Part shown: one piece after another, positions 58,514 through 64,000 of the stretch | Numbering within the stretch: the first letter of the stretch is position 1 | Layout: each line of letters opens with the position of its first letter | DNA from: an uncultured Candidatus Nitrosopelagicus sp. | GTDB taxonomy: Archaea > Thermoproteota > Nitrososphaeria > Nitrososphaerales > Nitrosopumilaceae | Reading direction: 5' to 3' | NCBI GenBank assembly: GCA_964344885.1 | Contig: CAYFOW010000001.1 | Span: forward strand, 15,278-79,277 | DNA length: 64,000 nt | Notes under the pieces: generated by a model | Told to the model about the DNA's origin: nothing | The model's input: the letters and a program-made list of their open reading frames with translations, nothing else | Database searches by the model: none | Translations under genes and position numbers: made by a program

Positions 58514-58798
58514 TTATTTTTTCATGGTGAGATCAATTTGTATAAGTTCATCAGGGTCACTTCGAATACAATCAGTTCCAATTGCCTTTAATTCATTGAA
58601 TTGAATCAATCCTTGTGGAAGCTTCTTTTGTTCTTGTAAAAGACGTAATTTGCCACGGACTATATTTTTATGACGCACACAGGTTACTCCAACCATATAT
58701 TCATCAGATTCTACAGAAATTGAAATAACAAAATTTGGAGGGTTAACACAATCTCTGCCACTTTCTTTTACTGAACATCGGTCAGGAATCAATACCAT
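58514..58798 (-). CDS. Small hypothetical protein, possible Zn binder
   Basis: C..., C.NPP, C..H residues; 94 aa. Confidence 0.65.
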   Translation of the reverse strand: MVLIPDRCSVKESGRDCVNPPNFVISISVESDEYMVGVTCVRHKNIVRGKLRLLQEQKKLPQGLIQFNELKAIGTDCIRSDPDELIQIDLTMKK

Positions 58799-58818
58799 AT
58801 AGTTTTGAGAATAGGATA

Positions 58819-60117
58819 TTAATTTTGGTGTACTAATTTAGAAAAATCCCATAGAGGATCATTTTGTTTTTTGAAATCACCGAGTATTCCCTGTTCCTGC
58901 AATTTTTTAATTACAAATGCAGAAAATACAGGAGCACCAGATGCACCAGGCGAATTATAGTTTATGATATGGTATGAATTCTCATCATATAACTCCATTA
59001 CATCAGGCAGAAATTTTCCTTCAGGGGTAATTACAGGAGTACGTATTCCAGAAGTTCCACGTTTTGTAAAAAAAGACGGTTTAACAGAAGGTATGAATTC
59101 CTTCACTCTTGCTACCATTGCAGATTTTGAAACAGAGCTAAGAAATTCTTTAGATATTAGTGATAGAAAATCAGGATTTACTAATAATTTTCTCGTACTT
59201 CCAGATAATACATCAGTGAATTTAGAAAATAATGATGACATATCAGTCGATATTCCAGAATAGGTTTCAGGAGTTGGTACAGGTACAGCATTAGGTCCGA
59301 TTTCAGTACAACCATGTGCACGTTTAATCCAATGTGGATCAAGGAATGGAAATTCTGAAAAACGTGCAACTGAGTATATGTTTGTGTTAACAAGATTTTC
59401 ATGGGATTTATCAGAGACCCAATATTCGCCACGAAAGTGTAAATCAGAAAAGTCAGATGCTAGACCAAATTGTTTTGCAATATCTAATGAATTTCCACCA
59501 GCACAGTTTATTACAAAACTTGTCTCTACAAAAGTATTATCTGTGAAATCTAATTTTAATTTATTATTAATTTTTGAGATATTTTTTACATTTTTTCTAA
59601 ATAGGAATTTTATTCCATTTTGTTGGCTAATACTTTGTAGAGAACTTGTAAGCATACCATAATCTGTCGATACATCACGACTACAAAAAAGACCAGAAAA
59701 ACATTCTACGTTTGGTTCACGTTTTTTTAACTCATTACCATATAGAAGTTCCAATTCGTTTTCAGGAATTCCGTTTTGTTGACCCCATTTCATGTATTTT
59801 TCTAAAACAGTGTGTTGAGATTCATCTAATGCAACTTCAATTGTACCGACTTCTGACCAAGGTACTGACATTTTTTGTGATAATAGTTTCCATAAATCTC
59901 TAGAGAGTAAAGCAGATTTTGCAAGGATTTTACGTTTCATGGGATCAAGATAAAATGGTGAATGAAGTACGCCAGTATTTCTACTACTAGTATGAAGAGC
60001 AACTGAATTTTCTTTTTCAATTAGGCATACATTTAGATCATATAATTCAGAAATCCAATATGCAATTGAATTTCCCAATACACCTCCACCAATTATAGAA
60101 ATATCAAATTTTTCCAA
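58819..60117 (-). CDS. FAD-dependent oxidoreductase (L-2-hydroxyglutarate oxidase-like)
   Basis: IIGGGVLG, HTSSRNTGV.H, FRGEY, PF..PH, GPNA, NYNSPGASGA. Confidence 0.88.
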   Translation of the reverse strand: MEKFDISIIGGGVLGNSIAYWISELYDLNVCLIEKENSVALHTSSRNTGVLHSPFYLDPMKRKILAKSALLSRDLWKLLSQKMSVPWSEVGTIEVALDESQHTVLEKYMKWGQQNGIPENELELLYGNELKKREPNVECFSGLFCSRDVSTDYGMLTSSLQSISQQNGIKFLFRKNVKNISKINNKLKLDFTDNTFVETSFVINCAGGNSLDIAKQFGLASDFSDLHFRGEYWVSDKSHENLVNTNIYSVARFSEFPFLDPHWIKRAHGCTEIGPNAVPVPTPETYSGISTDMSSLFSKFTDVLSGSTRKLLVNPDFLSLISKEFLSSVSKSAMVARVKEFIPSVKPSFFTKRGTSGIRTPVITPEGKFLPDVMELYDENSYHIINYNSPGASGAPVFSAFVIKKLQEQGILGDFKKQNDPLWDFSKLVHQN

Positions 60118-60179
60118 TGCATAATGTACTTTTGTTATGAATTAATTGATTTCTGGTAGTTCAAAAACAGGATTAAAGG

Positions 60180-60279
60180 CGCCGGGAGAGAGATTTGAAC
60201 TCTCGTTCCCTTGCGAGAACGCGCTTTATGGTTAATGTAAATTCCAGGCGCGCGCCCTACCAGGCTAGGCGACCCCGGC
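60180..60279 (-). tRNA. tRNA-Ser(GGA) with a 16-nt intron at 37/38 (intron 60226-60241)
   Basis: Acceptor GCCGGGG/TCCCGGC, long variable arm TTCTC-GCAA-GGGAA, T-arm GAGAG-TTCAAAT-CTCTC. Confidence 0.9.
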
Positions 60280-60360
60280 ATAGCTTTCGCCAGTTAAATT
60301 CAAGATATAGAGTATATAATAGATTAGTAAGTATGGGACGATTAACAAGTAATTTACTAA

Positions 60361-60840
60361 TTATCTAAATAGATCATTAATTGAGCTATACTTTAAGAGG
60401 TTAATTACAATTGATTTTTTCAATTGGGAGTTATCTGAAGCATAGCCACTTGCAGAGATTTTGTATCTGCCTTCAAGTACAGGAGTTCCATCAGGTTTGA
60501 TTTGATTCCAAACATATGATTTTTCTTCGCCTGGTTCTAGAGTAAGTGTTGATTGAGTTGAATCAAATTCTGGAGTGAAATATACAAATCCTTCTAAACC
60601 AGTTACCCTCAAATCAAACGTAGAGTCATTGAATCGAACTGGTGTGGTTCCAGAATTAATCACAGTGATAATAATATCCTCACCAAGAATAAAATCAGTT
60701 TTTTCAGTGACTAGAGAAATTGATGGGTAATCGGTGTAAACTAATTGTTCAGAATTTGTTTGAGAGTATAAAAAATAACCAAAAGCTGGACCAGATATTA
60801 GGCCAACAGATACAGCAATAATCAGACCTTTTGGGAACAT
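60361..60840 (-). CDS. Membrane-anchored hypothetical protein (Ig-like extracellular domain likely)
   Basis: MFPKGLIIAV... TM then beta-rich domain; ORF-track extension to 61050 overlaps cbf5. Confidence 0.7.
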   Translation of the reverse strand: MFPKGLIIAVSVGLISGPAFGYFLYSQTNSEQLVYTDYPSISLVTEKTDFILGEDIIITVINSGTTPVRFNDSTFDLRVTGLEGFVYFTPEFDSTQSTLTLEPGEEKSYVWNQIKPDGTPVLEGRYKISASGYASDNSQLKKSIVINLLKYSSINDLFR

Positions 60841-60847
60841 ATTAGAT

Positions 60848-61876
60848 TCACAATTCTTCTTCAGAAATTTTGTCTTTATAATTTGATTTTGAGCGCCATC
60901 GTTTAGGATATGTATTTGGAGCCATAATGATTCGCTTTGTTTCAAAGGCATATCCTTTGGGATTATCCAAAATTTCTTGACCAGATTTTGTAGATTCAGC
61001 AAGTGCAACGATTTCACCCTTTTGAGTATAGATTCCAACAAGATCTCCAATGTTTAGATTTTTTGACATTTGTAAAATTCCAGGAATGGCTAATTGTGCC
61101 CCATGACATAATGCATCTACAGCAGAATCACGTATAACAATAGATTTGATTTCACTTAAAGCAAGTTCTATTGGATGAATCATTTTCAAAAGTTTTGAGT
61201 CATCTTGGGTTTCTTCCCAAGTGGTAAATGCATCAGATAATTCATGTAATGTTACAAGAGGATAATCTTCATGAAATTGATTAACATGAGTCCTTCGAAG
61301 TTCAATCATTGTAGCTCCAGGACCTAAAATTTCTCCTATATCATAGAGAAGTTTTCTGATGTATGTTCCAGATTCGCATAAAGCACGTAGTAAAATTAAT
61401 CGTTCCTTTTGTTCTAATAATTCTAGTTCATAGATTGTCCTAGTTCTAGTTTGACGTAATACAGCAGAACGTTGTGGGGGTTTTTGGTAAATTTCACCAG
61501 TAAACTGTTTGAGTATTTTTTGTAATTCTTCTTTTGAAGGCAAAGAGTGAAGACGACCAAGTGCATGATATTCTTTTGGTCCTATCAGTAATACTCCGAG
61601 AGCTTTAGTTCCTTCACCTAGACCTAATGGTAAAACACCAGTTACTTGAGGATCAAGTGTTCCACTGTGTCCAGCTTTTGGAATTTTCAGTATTCGTTTT
61701 GTCCATGCAACAACTTCATGGCTAGTTGGTCCAGGAGGCTTATCTAAAAGAATTAATCCATAATTTAGTAATTGTTCAATAGAACGTTTATCAAAATATG
61801 TCCCATATTCATCACTTGTAACATCTTGATCAACTGTGATTAAATTTTCTAGTTGTTTAAGCTTCAAGGTAATCAC
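60848..61876 (-). CDS. cbf5: H/ACA pseudouridine synthase Cbf5
   Basis: LDKPPGPTSHEV, GHSGTLDPQVTGVL, CESGTYIR, PUA domain; start may be TTG at 61867. Confidence 0.96.
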   Translation of the reverse strand: MITLKLKQLENLITVDQDVTSDEYGTYFDKRSIEQLLNYGLILLDKPPGPTSHEVVAWTKRILKIPKAGHSGTLDPQVTGVLPLGLGEGTKALGVLLIGPKEYHALGRLHSLPSKEELQKILKQFTGEIYQKPPQRSAVLRQTRTRTIYELELLEQKERLILLRALCESGTYIRKLLYDIGEILGPGATMIELRRTHVNQFHEDYPLVTLHELSDAFTTWEETQDDSKLLKMIHPIELALSEIKSIVIRDSAVDALCHGAQLAIPGILQMSKNLNIGDLVGIYTQKGEIVALAESTKSGQEILDNPKGYAFETKRIIMAPNTYPKRWRSKSNYKDKISEEEL

Positions 61877-62423
61877 GTACAGTAGTTTTCACTATATCAA
61901 GTACTTGATCTGCATTTAGATTATCAGTTTCAATGATTTTATCAAAAACAGATAGATCTTCACCAAACTCAAATCCATACAATTTTTTGTAAATTCGTTT
62001 ATTTTCTTGATATCTTTTTTGGACAACCTCTAGCGCTTTATTATCAGGCATGTCATCTCGCTTAGTCATTCGTTTTGCACTATTTTCTTTTGAACCATCA
62101 AGCCATATCTTTAATCCTCCTCGTACTAACCAAGGAAGAGTATAACTTGTTATTACAACATCCCCAGAAAGGAATAATTCTTCCAATTTTTTATCGACTT
62201 TTCTATCAAATTCAGAATCATCATTGCGTCTGCTTAGAAATTTCATACCTTCAGGAGTATCCCACCAATCATCTCCACCAGCTTCAAATCCTTCATCAAT
62301 AGCTAATTCTTTGAGAATATCTCCACCGCTCAGATATGTCAACTCAAACTCTTTTGCAAGTCCTTTTGCAATTGTAGTTTTTCCAATAGCAGGAGGTCCA
62401 GAAACTACTATAGATTTTATCAA
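61857..62423 (-). CDS. cmk: Cytidylate kinase (archaeal type)
   Basis: SGPPAIGKTT, DRKVD, R...RD, Y..LYG. Confidence 0.88.
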   Translation of the reverse strand: MIKSIVVSGPPAIGKTTIAKGLAKEFELTYLSGGDILKELAIDEGFEAGGDDWWDTPEGMKFLSRRNDDSEFDRKVDKKLEELFLSGDVVITSYTLPWLVRGGLKIWLDGSKENSAKRMTKRDDMPDNKALEVVQKRYQENKRIYKKLYGFEFGEDLSVFDKIIETDNLNADQVLDIVKTTVRDYLEA

Positions 62424-62424
62424 C

Positions 62425-63048
62425 TTAACTAGTATCCATAGATGTCTTGGTGATTTTCATTACAATTCCACTAAATGCAATGGATGCCAAAAAGTACCAA
62501 GCCCATAGATACAATGCATTTTCTTCTGGACAATATTTTCCTTCAGATACATTTTCTGCAGTACATGTTAACTGGAAAAATTCACCAGGAATGACATTTA
62601 GTGGGATTGGAGAAACTGCAACCGTATAAGAAAATAATTCAGGTAATACAAAATAGAAGATTAACATTAATGGAATGATTGTAATCATCATTGGGCGCAT
62701 ATTCATCTGCATGACTTCCATATTCATTTTATTCATGTATTGAGATTTTTTGTTTAATTCAGCTTGTTTCTTCTCATCTTTGGAACGCATTGCAGCCATT
62801 CTCTCTTTTTGCCAGGCTTTGACCTCTTTCATAATTCTTTTAAACTTGACTTGATCTACCATTTTTTTTCTAATTCCTGAGTTAAACAAGTTAATCATTA
62901 TAGAGAATCCAATTACTGCAAATAATGAAGGGATTGTTCCTTTGATAATAGGATCAGCACTTCCTAGAGGACCCTCACGCATTCCAAAAATATCACCTTG
63001 TAAGAAGAGAATATCTATGAAATTTAAGAAAACGTTAAACTCAATCAT
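62425..63048 (-). CDS. DUF106/EMC3-TMCO1 (Oxa1-superfamily) membrane protein
   Basis: Coiled coil between TM helices, MRPMMITIIP, W.WYFL.S; conserved position after adk. Confidence 0.85.
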   Translation of the reverse strand: MIEFNVFLNFIDILFLQGDIFGMREGPLGSADPIIKGTIPSLFAVIGFSIMINLFNSGIRKKMVDQVKFKRIMKEVKAWQKERMAAMRSKDEKKQAELNKKSQYMNKMNMEVMQMNMRPMMITIIPLMLIFYFVLPELFSYTVAVSPIPLNVIPGEFFQLTCTAENVSEGKYCPEENALYLWAWYFLASIAFSGIVMKITKTSMDTS

Positions 63049-63623
63049 ATCCCTATCACTTGAATAATATTTTCTGCTGCTTCATCAACCTTTCCCTCAG
63101 AGTTTGCAATTGCCTTCATAGGTGAACCAGACATTACAGAACAACTTGATAACATAGCATCTTGAACAGATAGTTCTTTTTTAATTGATTCTATTGATAC
63201 AATGTCCCTGTGTCTTGTTTTATCATTCATTCGTCTATTGTAGATTTCTTCAGGTCTGGCAGAAATAGCAATAAAATTTGAGGGGTTTAGAATTTCTATC
63301 ACGTAATATGGCAATCCAGGGTAGAAGCCTTCTTGTGTAGAGATAAATGCATGAGTATCAATAATTACAACATCCTCATTCAAATTCGAAATCCACTCAG
63401 CTGCCATTTTTTGTAGGTTTTTTTGCTCAACTAAAGGCAAACGTCTAAGTTCATCACGATCATGAATCCCTTTTTTCTTTGCTTCATCAAACATTACAGT
63501 TCCAAAACTGTGAACACTTACAGTTTTATGGTTATTGTGTAGTTTTTCAACGACTTTTGAAACTAAGGTTGTTTTCCCTACACCAGGGATTCCAACTATG
63601 ACAATTTTTTTACTTTCTGCCAA
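63045..63623 (-). CDS. adkA: Adenylate kinase (archaeal type)
   Basis: GIPGVGKTT, SFGTVMF, RDELR.L, IDTH, GFYPGLP; TTG at 63623 preferred. Confidence 0.95.
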   Translation of the reverse strand: MAESKKIVIVGIPGVGKTTLVSKVVEKLHNNHKTVSVHSFGTVMFDEAKKKGIHDRDELRRLPLVEQKNLQKMAAEWISNLNEDVVIIDTHAFISTQEGFYPGLPYYVIEILNPSNFIAISARPEEIYNRRMNDKTRHRDIVSIESIKKELSVQDAMLSSCSVMSGSPMKAIANSEGKVDEAAENIIQVIGI

Positions 63624-64000
63624 GTAAAGCACCAAGTTTGGGCATTACAACTTCTACTTGTTCCTTTACAAGTTGGTTATAGTAATTAATTAGAATATCA
63701 ACCATCAGTAAAACTCCAATTCCAGAACCAAAGACGCCTAATACATCAGATATGCCTGCAAGCAAGCCAAGAATCATAGAGCCAAGAATGGTTACAGATG
63801 GAATATATCTATTCAATAATGATTCAACTGGTTTATTTGAACGCCTAAATCCTGGGATTTGGACATCTGCATCCAATAAGTTTTGAGCGGCCTTTTTTGG
63901 AGATAGACCACCAAGTTCGACCCAAAGACGTCCAAACACAACTACAATTCCAATCATAAACAGCACATAAGCTACTGCTCTAGCAGGATCTAATGCTGCA
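63610..64000 (-). CDS. secY: Preprotein translocase SecY, C-terminal part (5' truncated by the window)
   Basis: QIPGFRR, LNRYIP.VT, GSGIGVLLMVDI. Confidence 0.96.
   Translation of the reverse strand, partial: AALDPARAVAYVLFMIGIVVVFGRLWVELGGLSPKKAAQNLLDADVQIPGFRRSNKPVESLLNRYIPSVTILGSMILGLLAGISDVLGVFGSGIGVLLMVDILINYYNQLVKEQVEVVMPKLGALLGRK

Noticed and set aside
299-62629. Many antisense or out-of-frame ORFs in the track (e.g. 299-634, 777-1091, 6708-7028, 17846-18283, 23956-24303, 31383-31685, 33459-33848, 46580-47014, 56302-56649)
   Set aside because: They overlap well-supported genes and show the F/S/I-rich composition typical of shadow frames.
61857-63623. No rpl34e or rpl14e around cmk in the adk-cmk-cbf5 operon
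   Set aside because: Absence of these proteins is a known Thaumarchaeota trait.

Overview
AT-rich (roughly one third GC by eye) chromosomal segment of an ammonia-oxidising archaeon, most likely Nitrosopumilaceae. Evidence: archaeal exosome, r-protein and RNAP genes, WIKNxAxWW cell-surface modules, DUF6659-like proteins, F420 ligase and several P-II proteins around amt. 1-12 kb: split AmmeMemoRadiSam genes around a nitrogen cluster (amt, glnK, three more P-II-family genes, a duplicated micro membrane protein). 12-27 kb: signalling/stress island (Cache-HAMP cyclase, CBS, USP, Hsp20, PAC2, extra TFB, RHH and HTH regulators) and secreted proteins. 27-64 kb: mostly core genes (3 tRNAs, endA, rpl10e, exosome superoperon, rpoD-rpl18e-rpl13-rps9, two LeuCD-type pairs, cofE, korAB, cbf5, cmk, adk, secY 3' end). 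No transposase, integrase or CRISPR array was seen. Best novelty candidates: (1) a non-coding element present twice, ~55.8 kb apart and each time between convergent genes, made of the 16-bp palindrome TTTACGTATACGTAAA flanked by inward-facing (A)CTTTCC / GGAAAG repeats phased at 20-21 bp with conserved offsets; (2) two P-II proteins fused to a ribbon-helix-helix-like tail, together with a recurring ATCA-NN-TGAT operator-like motif upstream of the cluster genes. All product calls come from motif recognition by eye; no database search was run.
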